A stretch of DNA of 64,000 bases from Octopus vulgaris. Its lineage: Eukaryota. The stretch spans positions 122,698,001 to 122,762,000 of the forward strand of contig OX597815.1 in the NCBI GenBank assembly GCA_951406725.2, in the 5' to 3' direction. Under the pieces are notes generated by a model. The model made no database searches, was not told the DNA's origin, and saw nothing but the letters and a program-made list of their open reading frames with translations. The number at the start of each line of letters is the position of its first letter. Position 1 is the first letter of the stretch. The translations under genes were made by a program, and so were the position numbers. Shown here piece by piece: positions 25,381 through 39,341 of the stretch.

Positions 25381-28363
25381 CTCATGCCTTTTTCCAAGAG
25401 TGGATTCAATTTCATCATTTTATTGGAGTTATCTCCCTTCATTGTCATATGTGTTAGTTTTTAAGCACCCAAAGAGTAATAATTTAGGTTAATCAAAACT
25501 TTTCAACTCACTAAATAATTAATTCATTAGATAAGTGAAACCTTACTATGCAAGTGGGGTGCAAATCTTTAAAATGCATCACGATTTATCATGCTAATTA
25601 AAATTTGTAATCTTTATCCAAGAAAACAAATTTAAAGATGTACACATTTCATAATTATATTTATAATTCTAAAATTCAAAAACATGTCTAAAATTTTGTT
25701 CATAGAAATAACTGCTTCATAATGCTAAACAAATAACAAGAACCAAAAACCTGAATCTGATAATACTAATCAAACTTTGATAATTATATTCAAACCAGTG
25801 AGAAACAGTCATTTCTAGTACAACCACAAGGCCACAAATTTGGGGAGAGAAGTTAGTTGATTAAATCAACCCCAGTTCATGACTGGTACTTTATTTTAGT
25901 AACTCTTGAAGAATAAAGGAAAAGTTGACCTTGGCAGGTTTTGAATGCAGAACATAACAAGTCAGAAATAATAAAGAATTGAGAATCTATTTTGTTAGAT
26001 AGACAGTGAAAATATAAATGTCCTATTTCAATACATGCAAATACATGCAATATATTACAAATATAGCGAAGGTGCATGACCTAGTGGTTAGGGAGTATAT
26101 AGGGGGTCAATAGAACTCCCTCAGTTGTACTATTTTTATAGTATATCATCTAATTAGGGATGGAAGATAAAATTATATAAGGACTGATTTAAATTAAAAT
26201 ATGAATTACCAATTCCTACTCAGAACTACATCTGTAAATCACAGATTTATTTTTTATACAGATATTGACCAACAGTTGTTCAAATTGAACAGTGAACACA
26301 TCAATCTCCCTATTCTAAGGTAAGGCACTCTACAAAGGTCAAAGGCATCTTTCCTGATACTCTGATGAGGAAATAAAAGAAGCATCTAATTTTAATTTCT
26401 TAACTCTTCTATAACCATAATTCTGTTGAAATACACTGCATGTGTTTTGGTCAGTTTTGAAAATGATGAAGGACTTTTTAGTAAAATAACTTTGTCATTA
26501 AGTTGGTGTTTGGAAAATAAATTAATATGAAATTTGGATCACTATAAAATAAGTAGTTGGTATCATAGAGCCAGGGGCAGGCTTCAGTGGTTGATATCAA
26601 AAGAGTTAAATACACTTTTACTAGCTTTAGCTGTTTGTCTGTTTGTTGACAAGCTGAAGAACTACCATAATAAAGTTTAAATGTAAATTATATTAGACAA
26701 CTCCTGCAAAACTAACACAAAAAGTGCACAATTTATATAGAATATGTATTAAAAAAATTAAACTAATAGAATTTTTAATAATAAATTTGTATATCATAAA
26801 AATATATATGACTTTATGTAATGTATTTTAATAAAAAAACTTTTCCTATGACTGTTTTCATCTATTTGTTAAAACGACAGAGTACTTTTGCTTTTGAATA
26901 ACAACCATTTACTAATTACATAAGGATATCCCAGATAAACATTACACTTTAATAATTCTAAGAGGAAAAAATGTAACACTAACAGTTCCAAAAGAGAATT
27001 GAAACCAATCTTTGCCCCCTGTTTTAAATATTAAACAATGGCTATGATGTATCATAGAAAAGTCAGAATAATTCTACTTCAGTGTTGATGCAAATAATGG
27101 CTTCTAACACATGTTTAAATCATTGGAATTATAATGAATGTAAAACAAGAAGGTATATTTCCTACATTAACTGTCTTAATTCACTAGCAAGTGAACCTGC
27201 CTACCCAGTAATATAAATAAGTGGTATATTTAATATGAAACACAATCAGAAACTCTTCACTGCTTAAGAATGTAGGCTGATACACCTTTACCATAACAGG
27301 AAATCTACTTCAATGACTCAAGTTACCACCCTTCTCTTTAGTAACAGTTGTTATAATTAGAAAACAAATAACATATGGAATGATATAAAGAGCTGCACTG
27401 ATAACAGTCCTGATAAATATTTTTGTTTCTCTTTTCACCACTGTGAATATATTACAAAAAATATTTTCTTGAGGTTTATTAAATAACAAGAATTTAATCA
27501 ATTAACAAAATTTCTCATTTATAATACAAGGGGGAAAAAAATTAAAACAAACTTTTCTAATTATTTGAAAAGAAAATTAAACTTATGTCAGAATGTTCAA
27601 AGTGTAATTCACATTTTTTTGTTTGTTTTTTATGAAATAACAGAGCATGTATTGCAATTAATTTTGAAAAATATTCAAGAATTTGGAGAAATTCTTTAAC
27701 TTATTTTCAATTCTGATTTTATGTTTGGAACACAAACAAACAAAACAGTTTAAATTTGGTGTATGAAAATTTTAAAATTAATGATTTTTGTATCAAAAAA
27801 CCCAAAGCTAGTCTTAGGCAGACTGGTATAGAAGGGATTAAATAATTCAGAAATTATTTTTTTTCTCAGTCACATAAAATCAGCACAGCCATGCATTTTT
27901 AATTACCCCAATTCTTTCTTGTATTATCTAATTGCTATAGCTACTATTCCAAATTACAGATACTAAATCATACCTTCATATCTTCAATATGAAGCAGTAA
28001 CTTTCACCTTCAATTTGTTAATAATACAATCAGAGTGGTTTCAAATTTTAGCATGAGGCCAGCAGATTTTGAGGGATGGGAGATGTTGATTACATCAATC
28101 CCAGAGCTCAACTGATATTTATTTTATCAACCTCAAAAGGACAAATGGCAAAGTTAACCCCAATGGAATTTGAACTCAGAATGTAAAGTCAGACAAAATT
28201 CCACTAAGCATTTCGTCTGGAATGCAAACAATTCTGCTAGCTTGCCACCTTAAGCAATTCAATAATAATGTCAACTAGTTTTCATATTTTAGGGAGCTAA
28301 AATTGATTGCTGTTACCAAAATATCAATAGTTCCCAATATAAAAATAAAAATATTAGTCTTAC

Positions 28364-28486
28364 CTGCAACTGACTAAGGAGGGCAATATGCTCTTGATGG
28401 AGTCTTTGAGCTTCTTCGAAGTTGGATCCAATATCCATGATATCTGGCTCCATTTGGTGCACTCGAACTTGTATCCAGTCTCCACT
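28364..28486 (-). CDS. Exon 2, CCDC141/zormin-like
   Basis: gtag|AGT...CAG|gtaaga; 123 nt; SGDWIQVRVHQMEPDIMDIGSNFEEAQRLHQEHIALLSQLQ. Confidence 0.9.
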
Positions 28487-29381
28487 CTACAAAATTTTAA
28501 AAAGTCAAAAATAAATATTTTGTTTATGTCATAAAATAATACTGAAATAATTTTTTTTTTATTAATTTCTCTAGCATTTAATTTCAATGGGAAATAAAAG
28601 CTGCTATTTAGAGAAGAATTACCTCCCATAGTTTTCGAAAGACTTTACTAATACTTTTTTTTAACCAAATTTTTGTCTGAGATTAATGCCTGCCTTTATA
28701 AAAAAAATAATAAAATCCAAACTGACTTTGTGAATTTAATTATCAATTTTAAACAGAATATAATTTAAATAATATTCAAGTTGCATTAAGTAGTTAACCA
28801 GGCAACGAGACATCAAAGCATTCTGTACATTTGTAGCAAGTTGAACAGAAACAAAATATTTTATGAATGTGATAAAAAAAAACACAACCCCCGACCACCA
28901 CCGATTTGGATTACTCACTATTAACAATAACATTATTTGTTCATAAAATGTTAAGTATACAATTCTCTCAAATAAAATGTGAAGAATCCTTTTCAAAATA
29001 TATTGTAGTGACAAATCGCCAACATAAATATATAGAAATGAAAAAAAAATTATTGTGAATATTTTCGCAACAAACTTTATTTTTATTTTTAACTTGCATA
29101 AATAGAATTTAATATAAAACTGAAAACTTGATTTTTGTATATTGTTTGCAAGATTCTTGATGTGAAGTTGTGTGTTGAAACAGATTTGTTGTATCTCAGG
29201 AGGGTCATTACGCCAAAATTAAACACACACACAGGTTCTATTTCACTTCTTTTATTAGTCAGTACATTAGCATTTAGCCAGTTAACTAATTGATTGTTTG
29301 GTTAATCATTCAGTCAATAAATCAATCTGCAAGGTTTGTCAAAGTTCTCTCATTGCCATTCATAATCTTGTAAATAACATA

Positions 29382-29387
<6 letters not shown>

Positions 29388-29439
<52 letters not shown>
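29388..29439. repeat. (CT)n microsatellite
   Basis: Pure CT run. Confidence 0.95.
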
Positions 29440-29441
<2 letters not shown>

Positions 29442-30301
29442 CAGGCTGCTTGTCACTTTTAAAGCAACAAGTTTACAGGGTTGTTGGGGGTTGGATAAAA
29501 TAACTTGAAATATTTATTCCAATTCCCTGCATTCTAAGTTCAAATCCTGCCAAGGTCTACTTTACCTTTCATCTTTTTGGAAATCAATAAAACCCTAACC
29601 CAAATCCAGGGAGATGGATAGGAGGAACTGTTAAAGTTTTGGACAAAATGCCTCATGGTATTTTTCCAAGCCTTTTATATTCTGACAGCAAAACTTGTGA
29701 TGAGATTTGTGCCCAACTGTAGTGACCATAAAGCAGGGGGCCTTTATTTTAAACAGTAACTATAGTTTGGAAAGAGGAGGGATAGTATGTGTGGGCAGCA
29801 TATAGAGATAAATGCAAATAAATGGTGAAACCTAACTAATGGAAACTGTTATATATTTAACACTTCCAATCAGAAAATGTTCAATTTTAAAATTTTCCTG
29901 TAAACTTTCTTTTGTTAGAAACAATAAGACAAAGAAACTATCTAAAGCGTTTATTAACATAAGGACTTGTTCAGTAACACAGCTGGGGGGGGGGGGGGTA
30001 AGGTAGAGCAATCCATCCAGGGAAGAGCTTTTATGGGGATGCACTTTTGGGCCTGCTGTATGAGTCTGTACGGAAGTGGAGGTAGGAGGCAGTAAACTTG
30101 AGGGAAACTCTGAGTGGAACACACTCTAGCTATGCTACAGAATGTATTTTGATATAAAAGTTTAAATTATTAGAATGGTATCTGATGCAATATAGTGCAT
30201 AATAATAGAGTAGTGAACACAAAATATGGAGAATAAACAAGCATATATAGTAGTTATATATAAACTACAAGTATATATAGCAATCAAACTATGAGTATAT
30301 A

Positions 30302-30540
30302 CAGGGTTGGCCAAAAGTCACCTGACAGTAAATCAAAAGACCATTTAATTCCAAGATTAAAACAGAAAATTATTTTATATGAAACAGTGCTAATAAATAG
30401 AGAAATGTTGAAAAAAAATGGTGATTTTAACTCACAGCATTTGATTATCAAACATTCATAATTGGAATGAATAAATGAAATTGAATTTAAAGTATTTATG
30501 GAATTTTGATTTACTGTTGGGTGACTTTTGGCCAACTCTG
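30302..30540. mobile_element. Tc1/mariner MITE
   Basis: TIRs CAGGGTTGGCCAAAAGTCACC / GGTGACTTTTGGCCAACTCTG; TA on both sides. Confidence 0.9.
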
Positions 30541-31127
30541 TATAGTATATATTATACTTATAGTAACACAGCCCCAGTTGGCCTTGCTTTGGAATCCAGC
30601 TGGATCATATGCTGACAACTGCCAATGAGAAGCCCTTATGAAAGGCATAGTTTGAAAAATTTTAGTCAAATGAATCAACCCCAGTACTTTATATTTTTTT
30701 AAGCCTGGTACTTATTCTATTGGTCTCTTTTGCCGAACTGCTAAGTCACGGGGACGTGGACACAGGAACACCAGTTGTCAAATGGTAGTGAGGTACAAAC
30801 ACAGATACACACTCATAGACATATATACAATGAGCTTCAGTTTCTGTCAACCAAATCCACTCACAATGCATTGGTCAACTCAAGGCTGTAGTAGAAGACG
30901 CTGGCCTAAGGTATCATGCAGTGAGACTGAACCTGGAGCCATGTTAATGAGAAGCAAACTTCTTACTACATAGCCATGTCTGTGCCTATCCATACAGCCA
31001 TGTCTACACCTATACAGAATATTCATTATTTTGTGGTGTCTCAGTCAACTTGACCTTCACAATAAATTTAACCCTATTCTCCATACAGAGTCACACCATC
31101 AATAAATGCTCAGTTCTTATTCTAAAA

Positions 31128-31391
31128 CAGTGGTTCCCAAACATTTTCGAGCTGCTGCCCCCTTGACATTCCTAGTGCTTCCACCCCAACTAGCCATCAC
31201 AAATATAGACCGCTTTCTAAAGCAAATTCAAAACAACTATATTTCACAAATAAAACTTAACCTAATCAACTCATTATTTTGTTGTTTTTACATAAATCGC
31301 CACCCCATTATCGCCCCACTTTTCTTCAACACCTCCTTGGAACTTTCCACCGCCCCTAGTGGGGCAATACCACCCACTTTGGGAATTACTG
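31128..31391. mobile_element. hAT (Charlie-like) MITE
   Basis: TIRs CAGTGGTTCCCAAA / TTTGGGAATTACTG; imperfect 8-bp TSD TTCTAAAA/TTGGAAAA. Confidence 0.7.
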
Positions 31392-33582
31392 TTGGAAAAT
31401 GTGTTTTAAAATTCAAAAATATCAATTTTTACATTATATTTGCAATATATATAGAACATATATTTGGAGTATATATTGATCTTCACACTAAATCTGACTG
31501 TGTAGATTCATACCATACATGCCCAGTTGTTAGTCTTAAAATAATCCTTTCAGCTACAGGCGCAGGGCCTGAAATTTTGAGGGAGGGGTTTAGCTGATTA
31601 CATTGACACCAGTGCTCAACTGGTACTCGTTTCATTAAGCCAAAAGGATGAGAAGGCAAACTCAACCAAATATTATTTAAACATTTACTAGTATATAAAC
31701 AAGTGTGTGTGTATGTGTGTGCGTGTGTGCATGCATATGTATGTGTATAGACATAGACATACAATTAAAACTGAATAATAATTCATAATTTTTATCCAAA
31801 TTTTGAAACAGCAAGGTAAATATGTTAAAAATAACTTCAAATAGCAAATGTAGTTTTAAATTCAAAATCTATCTTACAAAGAAACTTAATTTCCCTTATG
31901 CTCATAAAGTTTTACTCAAAGCAACAGGCTTGCCTGTATATGCATTGCAATTTTCTTAACTGAAACCAGTTTTGATATATTGCAGTCTCTATGAAGGAGT
32001 TGCACCTAAAAGACTATATATCTTTTATCTTTTACTTATTTCAGTCATTAGATTGTGGCCAAGCTGGAGGCACTGCCTTGAAGGATTTTAATACTTAATA
32101 AGTACTCAACCCCTGTACTTACATTTTTGAAGCCTGATACTTATTCTATTGGTCTCTTTATATAATATACATAGGATAAAGGATAAAAGCCCTTCCTAAG
32201 TCATATAGACTCATTAGACTGGTTTTCCAGTTTCTGTGGTGCATATATTCTCCACTGGATGGGACGCTGGTCTGTCACAGGAAATACTCATTTTTGTCAG
32301 CCGAGTGGACAGGAGCAATGTGAAATATAGTGATTTGCTCAAGAATGCAACATAGTATCCAGTCCCAGAATCGAAACCTCAATCTTATGGCTTTGTTTGT
32401 ATTCTGAGCAGGGGTATGAGTATAGTGATTAAAAGTAATTCATCTCTTGCAAAGTCACATCACTAAGTAGTAGCATAGCTTGACCAAGTGCCACTCAGGG
32501 CAGCCCTTAAGTTTAACCCCCACCCACTCCCGCCTATATAGGTTTATGCAGCAGAACCAAAAGTGCTGTTCTCATAAAAGATACACAGAACAGACTGCTG
32601 CCTACCCACTACCACCACCACCAAGCTACAGTCACTAAATTATTAATAGGTAGTATTGATACATAAAATTCATTGTTTGGCATTCATTTTTTCAGCTTGC
32701 ACTTATTAAAGATTTTGTATGGGCCTGGAGAAGCCAATCAGTTCTTCAGCTTGAAACCAGTTCCAATCCATTCAATTAAATAGATCCAGATCCTGGTGTG
32801 CAACAGATCATTTGATATTAAACTCCTTAGATACAAACATCTACCAGAGTTAAATATCTTAGAGTAACTATGATGAGTTCTAAAATTATTTCAGGCAAGA
32901 ATGAAAAAAAAAATGGTGAACATTTCTGGGAAGGAAGTCAAAAATAAAACCTTATTCTGTTTTTATCATTGTACTTATGTAACAAAAAATAAATCACAGA
33001 AATAATAGTTTTTCACTTTAGCATGTAGCTGAATAGCTGACAGTTATGACAGCCAAAAAAGAAAAAATTTTGTTTTTCCAATATTTTCAAGATGATAGAA
33101 AATCAGGAATTTTGTTACATTAAAGACTTGATCTCTCATATACAAAATTCCCCATGACAAACATTGTACATAATAGAATATATATTCCGATAATGAATAG
33201 TGTACAAGATAAAATAGATGTTTTTGGTAACTGTAAAAGAATAAATTACAAATTAAATTTTTGGTCAAACTTTAATAGCTTACTAATTTTTAAGGATCTA
33301 TTCCATCTCAACCACAGATTAGATCCAATTAAACATCATCAATCTATGATTGTGGATGTTTATTTGCGTTGAGTTTATATGATTTGCAAGACTGGTTTTA
33401 AAGAGATTAAAAATATCTGTTTTTACCACATAGTTAAACTAATTCTTATATCAAAGTATTATAGATCTATTACAGCCGATCGACGATAATGGATATATAA
33501 TACTGCGCACTTTGATTAATGTACCCACACTTTTGACAAATATATGAGAGCATCTATTTCCAACTTATGAATATTTAAACGA

Positions 33583-33714
<132 letters not shown>

Positions 33715-33826
33715 GTATGTGCATGTGTGTGAGCTCGCGCGAATATGTATGTGTATATGTGTGTGTAGACATATATACGCATATATGATAAATATATATT
33801 TCAAGAAATAAGATATTTTAAAAAAT

Positions 33827-34013
33827 GGATCTATTCCATCTCAATCACAGATTCTTCAATTAATTTTTGTTAACTAAATAGTTTGAAACTTCGAATACTG
33901 ATCGAATTTCTCACATAGAACACGGTTTATGTCTCTGAAGAATTCGAAGTTTCAAACTGTTTAGTTAAAAAAAAAAGTTAATTAAAAATCTGTGATTGAG
34001 ATGAAATAGATCC
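33827..34013. mobile_element. Palindromic MITE
   Basis: ~70-bp inverted arms GGATCTATTCCATCTCAATCACAG... / ...CTGTGATTGAGATGAAATAGATCC; a solo end also at 33294. Confidence 0.75.
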
Positions 34014-35676
34014 CTGATAATTATTAAAAATAATATATACAACAACCAGTCCTTGAATAATTTACTTCAAACAATACAAGAACACCTACAAATTGAAGAC
34101 AAACCCACAAGACTTTAAATATTGCTTTACGTTTTATGTATATGTGTTAGTGTGCATGCGTGTGTGTGCGTGTGTTTAACAAATATGAATGAATAGATTT
34201 TAATCATTATAAAACTCATCTTGCGACCCATATTAATACTTTATTTTAGTAGACAGTATTTATTTATCAAAGCAAAAAGTAAAAGTTTCTGAATATGAAA
34301 GTTTATTTCAACTGTTTTAATATACTTCTAAATGAAAATATGATGCCATAGACTTTGATGGTTTATAAATCTAATCAATAAACCTATACTGATTCATATT
34401 TACAGAAGAGAATTAATTCAGCTGCACACATCTCAGAAAAAAGTTTAGATAGATTAAATTTATTAGCTATTTTAATTACAGATCTTACGTATGGCTTATG
34501 AGAAAGAGGGAAAGAGGAGAGAAAAATGAAAGAGAGAGAGAGAGAAAGAGACCTCCAGCACTACTTCAGGTAAGAAAGTTATAGCAGTGGCTCGATCTGG
34601 TTGGTTGCATCAGTACCTGGTTAGAGTGTAGGTGTCTTTTCTCACCTACCCCCATTACAACACTAGTGGGAATTTGAGCTGGCGGCTTAATATAGAGATC
34701 TGAGGAGAATTAGTTCCATTCAGTCTAGTACGTATATGTAGATGGAGAGAGAAAGAGAGAGAGAGATTAAGAAAGAGAAACAAACTGAAAGCGCGCGCGC
34801 GTGCGCGTGTGTAAGGGGAGAAAGAGGAAGGAATTTTAGTGTCTACCAGCTAAACTTGAACTAATAATATTAACAAAACACTTTCACACTGAATTAGAGT
34901 TTTTTAAGTAAATTATATTCGAGGACCTATGATGGAATAAAGTACCTAATTTTATATTTTTTTACCGATTAAATACAAGTAGAGATACAGTGGAAAGGCA
35001 TCCACACTTTCACTTTGATTCTTCAAAAATATTTCAATTTGCAATGGGCTTGGTGTTAGCAGCGAAGAGGGGAGCTATACGTTCCAACGCCGAAGCTTCA
35101 GAGGCCACTGGATAAAAAGAGTAGACCAGTGGATTGAGAGAACTGGGATGCAAGCTAAGACTTGATCGATACCGGCTGGTCCAACTGGATAAGGGGGCTC
35201 TGATACTGAGACTAAGAAATTCCTCTAAGACCCCAAAATACTTGTGAGATATATCTTGGAACTGAACGTAATTTAATTCTTGAATAACAAATATTTTTAT
35301 ATTTACTTATCGGATAATATTTATCAACAAATATCGTTTCTCTGTGCGCCTGGGAGGAGCGCGTGCGCGCGAAATGTATGTATGTATGTATGAAGTATTA
35401 TGTAAGTATGTATGTATGTATGTATGTATGTATGTATGTATGTATGTATGTATGTATGTATTGCCTAAGCAATTTACTTGCATTTTTATAATTTTTCGCA
35501 AAATGAATTTAATATATAACTTAGTAAGAGAAAAATTATTGAATATAAAATGAAAGTATTTTTTAATTAAAATCGTAAATAGAATATTTTCATTGATCGT
35601 ATATTTGCGTTTTTAATCTAAAGCATCAGATATTCTACTATTTACCTATCAAATAATTCGCACTTCAGAAACTGTT

Positions 35677-35679
<3 letters not shown>

Positions 35680-35708
<29 letters not shown>

Positions 35709-35760
35709 TGTATGTATGTATGTATGTATGTATGTATGTATGTATGTATGTATGTATGTA
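35680..35760. repeat. (TATG)n microsatellite
   Basis: Directly visible; similar runs at 35407-35460 and 42177-42244. Confidence 0.95.
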
Positions 35761-36886
35761 TTGCTATTTACTTGCATTTTTATAATTTTTCGCAAAATGA
35801 AGTAGAAAAATTATAATATAAAATGAAGATACTAAATATATTTTCATAATATTTGTTTTCTAAGCAAATATTCTAATTTAATAATATTGAAGAATTAAAA
35901 AACAAAAATTTCAATAAATTAAGATTATATAGATACTAAATATATATAATGAAATATTTAAATTAAAATTAAGAAATTAATTTTTAATGAGCCTTTCTAT
36001 ATTTACAATTTTAATTTACTATTTTATTGTATATTCAATGTTTATCCCACAAATATTGTACTATCAATTTAAATTATAGTATATATTTACAAAATTATGA
36101 ATTAAAATTTATATTTTAACTTTAAAATATCTAAGATTTTTTTTTAATAAAATTCATTACTAAAAGACAAAACGCGTAATTCAAATTGATCTTTTGAGTT
36201 TTTTTGTTTGTTTTTTTTTTTGTTTTTCAGAAAACTTTATACCAAAGAATCGACAATTATCGAAAATGAAAAAAAAAAAAAAAACGCTCATGAGTAAAAA
36301 CTTTGGATTTTCTTAGGAATTCTTTGAGAAATAACTTTTCTTCTAGAAAATTTAATGTTTGAGAGATAGAATCAACCAGTATCAGTTGCTTTACTACACC
36401 CAACAAGAACTACCTTTTGCACACTTGGCAGCATTCCAGCAAACCAAGAGCAGATACTACTGCCAAATATAGGTATGAAACTAGAGTATACGATTATTCA
36501 TAGGTAATAACGAATTCTTCACAAACTACTCAATTTGATTTTTAATGAGAAATCGATATTTTTTCGGAAAAAAATAATTAAATATATTAAATGCTAAAGA
36601 TTAAAAAATATATAAAATTATGTAAAAAACAAAAATTATTGACAATATGAATGATATTTAATTAATCACTTATAATTATGCTTAAGAAAATTATATACAC
36701 AACTTTATGACGAATAATTATAAATATTTATGTATAATGTAGACGCTATCTGAACTTGTATGTATGCGCGTGTATGTGTATGTATGATGTATGTATGCGT
36801 ATGTATGAGCGTGTGTGCTTGCGTGTGTGCTTGTGTGTGTGTGTGCGTGTGTGTGCGTGCGTGTTTTGAATACTCGTTCAACTCAC

Positions 36887-37015
36887 CCTGAGAATAGCAA
36901 GGACGACCCTTGATAGTCCTGCCTGAACGGCAACTGTGCTGATTGTTGTAGTGGAGGGAGGTATTTCCGATACATCAGTAATTTCTGAAGTTACATCTGA
37001 TATACTGTCAGACAT
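36887..37015 (-). CDS. Exon 1 (start) of a CCDC141/zormin-like spectrin-repeat protein
   Basis: ATG at 37015 in CCACAATG context. Translates MSDSISDVTSEITDVSEIPPSTTTISTVAVQAGLSRVVLAILR, then AGG|GTGAGT donor. STTTISTVAVQAG matches the CCDC141 N-terminal motif (STTTVSSVAVQAGDSKIVIAV) as recalled. Confidence 0.88.
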
Positions 37016-37154
37016 TGTGGAGTTTTGATTTGTTTGTGGTCTTAGACCACAAACTTATAAATGATACAGTCTTACTGGGCAGAGGACCCGTTTGCAATAG
37101 GCATGCATGCAGCGACAGCTGATGGCACTTAAACGGCTCTAAACAATTCACACT

Positions 37155-37190
37155 AACTGAAACTAACTTTCAGCTGGATCCGCTTTTATA
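37155..37190 (-). promoter_or_regulatory. Core promoter: TATA box plus initiator
   Basis: TATAAAAG at 37190-37183 and TCAGTT (Inr consensus) at 37160-37155, ~30 nt apart and ~140 nt upstream of the ATG; E-box CAGCTG between them. Confidence 0.7.
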
Positions 37191-37454
37191 GGAAACTAGA
37201 AACCGCACAGAACTTAACATTATAGAGGGGTGTTCGGGTAGTACGCTGTTGTACGAAAACGCACTAAACTTTCAGACAATTAACTGTTACAAAAACATAG
37301 GGTATGGGAGTTGGTAAATAATTGAAATATATTTACTTATATTATAAAATAAATTATAATTTTAAAAATTCAACTTTACCCGTACAAACATAGCATCCCT
37401 CATTGAAAGTCAAAGAGACCACGCATCTTAGTAAGCTAGTAAGCCCCACCTACC

Positions 37455-37464
37455 CCATATAAGG
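37455..37464. promoter_or_regulatory. CArG box (SRF site)
   Basis: CCATATAAGG is a perfect CC(A/T)6GG, ~300 nt upstream of the predicted TSS of a probable muscle gene. Confidence 0.55.
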
Positions 37465-37961
37465 TAAAGACGCAAAAAGTAGGAAACATATACTGCAATA
37501 AGTAGTTGCGAAGTTAGTATCAGAGAACAGTAGTCGCTACAAGAATCAGCGAGCAAGCATCTAGTTTTTTTTTTATATTTTTTATAAACATTCAAGTGAG
37601 GATGGTAAACAAGTTACACAGACGAAAAACTGATTTTATAGAAAAAATAAATACTTATCATTACATTACATAATAATATAGAAACATTCGTTTTGTTTTG
37701 TTTTCATACAGACTTCATTTTAATGAGTAATATGAAACTATTACAGCTTGAGTAATAAAACAATTCGACGCAGTTTTCCTATGAAAAAGCTTTTGATAAA
37801 AATAAAGAATGGATAAACGGTACATGTGTACAGAAATGGACTAAAAATACCTTGTGATGTTTGATTACGTTCTTTTACGTTCGGAGTTTGTACCCCCACC
37901 AGAAATCATTTTGTCTCTTGAGAATCGATCGAAATTGACTACACTTCTTCCCCACAAATTT

Positions 37962-37992
<31 letters not shown>

Positions 37993-38199
37993 CTCATTTT
38001 CCCCTCTCCCTTTCTTCCCTTCATCTTTAATGTAACCTTCCCCATTCAAATTGTAAACTGTCCTTGTAATGTCTCCCCCACCTGATGCCCCTGCGCAAAT
38101 AAAAAATATAATAATTATTATTAGTATTATTATCAATATTGTTGTTCAAATTCTACCGAGGTCGACTTTGCCTTTCATTCTATCGGGACCGATAAAATA

Positions 38200-38880
38200 T
38201 ATCTAAAATTTTATTGGCTTCACAGAGTTTACCGTTTTACAAAATCAAACTAGAAAACTGGACAAAACAGAGAACAAAAGTGAAAAAAATAAAAAAGACA
38301 AAAGAAAAGAGAAAAAAGGAAAAGAAAAAAAAATTCACCACCCTGGGTTGAAAAGTTGGGGGCGTTGGGAAACCTTTCTAATGGCTATTGAGATACGCCA
38401 ACACGCTTGTAGCGTTGCCGCGGGTAAAGGCGGGGCTGATGCACTGAAACAGCCAAGTACCCTCACTAGCCCAGTTACCTCTGCAAGGCGAGTTGCCAAT
38501 GAAGACAACAATCTCGCAGTTAGTGGTCCGACCCCACCAAACGTCTCGAACGCCACAGGATGGAAAATGTAGTTGGCCGACAGATCGCGATATTGCACGA
38601 TTTAGCTCCGATCGGCCGCAGAAGCCCTGACCGCAGCATCCAGGATGTGAGAAGAAGCAAAGGAGTCACTAACTACGCCATCCCAGACAAGACATTTACC
38701 TTACGACCAGGAGCACAGGGGGTGGCCGTCAGGTCTCTTCTAATCACATCTGGACAATCCAGATGGTTTCAAGATGGAGGAGATGTTTGCCCGGGCCAAG
38801 CTCCTCTTGAGTATCAGGTTCAACTCCGTATAACGTGCGAAGCGGCAAGAAAGGCCTTGGAGGTCTGTGGAGTCGAGGAG
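38200..38880 (-). mobile_element. Second CRE-clade copy, 5'-truncated (REL endonuclease and 3' UTR)
   Basis: KRPDG...CLVWDG, KYRDL-like, FHPVAFETFGGVGP, WLFQ...RGNA; T-rich 3' UTR with AATAAA near 38211-38216. Confidence 0.78.
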
Positions 38881-39240
38881 CCTTTATTTTTATTTTCATT
38901 TTTCAGACTAGCGACCTGCGTTTTGTGCCCAATCCAGAATTGCATCAGACTGCTTAGATTGATCGATTTAGTTTATTCGCTTTCATAATCACAAATAGGT
39001 AAAAAAAAAAAAAAAAAAATGACAGGGGTCCATCTGAATCCAATATTTTAACTCTGAGTAGTTCCGATGTTGCTTAAGTAGTGCTATTTATTTATTGCAG
39101 TTAAATTCTAGTTAGGGTTTATTAAAATTTGAAACAAATAAATATATCAAAACATTTTTTTAAAATTCTATACGGGAGAAAAATAGATTATTGTTTTTAT
39201 GGAAGTTTATTTACGTATATACATACATAATGTGTGTGTG

Positions 39241-39260
39241 TATATATATATATATATAGG

Positions 39261-39341
<81 letters not shown>

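Noticed and set aside
24854-25457. Hydrophobic F/L/S-rich ORFs
   Set aside because: Translation of a polypyrimidine low-complexity tract
31106-31597. 163-aa ORF
   Set aside because: Spans a hAT MITE and a SINE end; no splice or homology support
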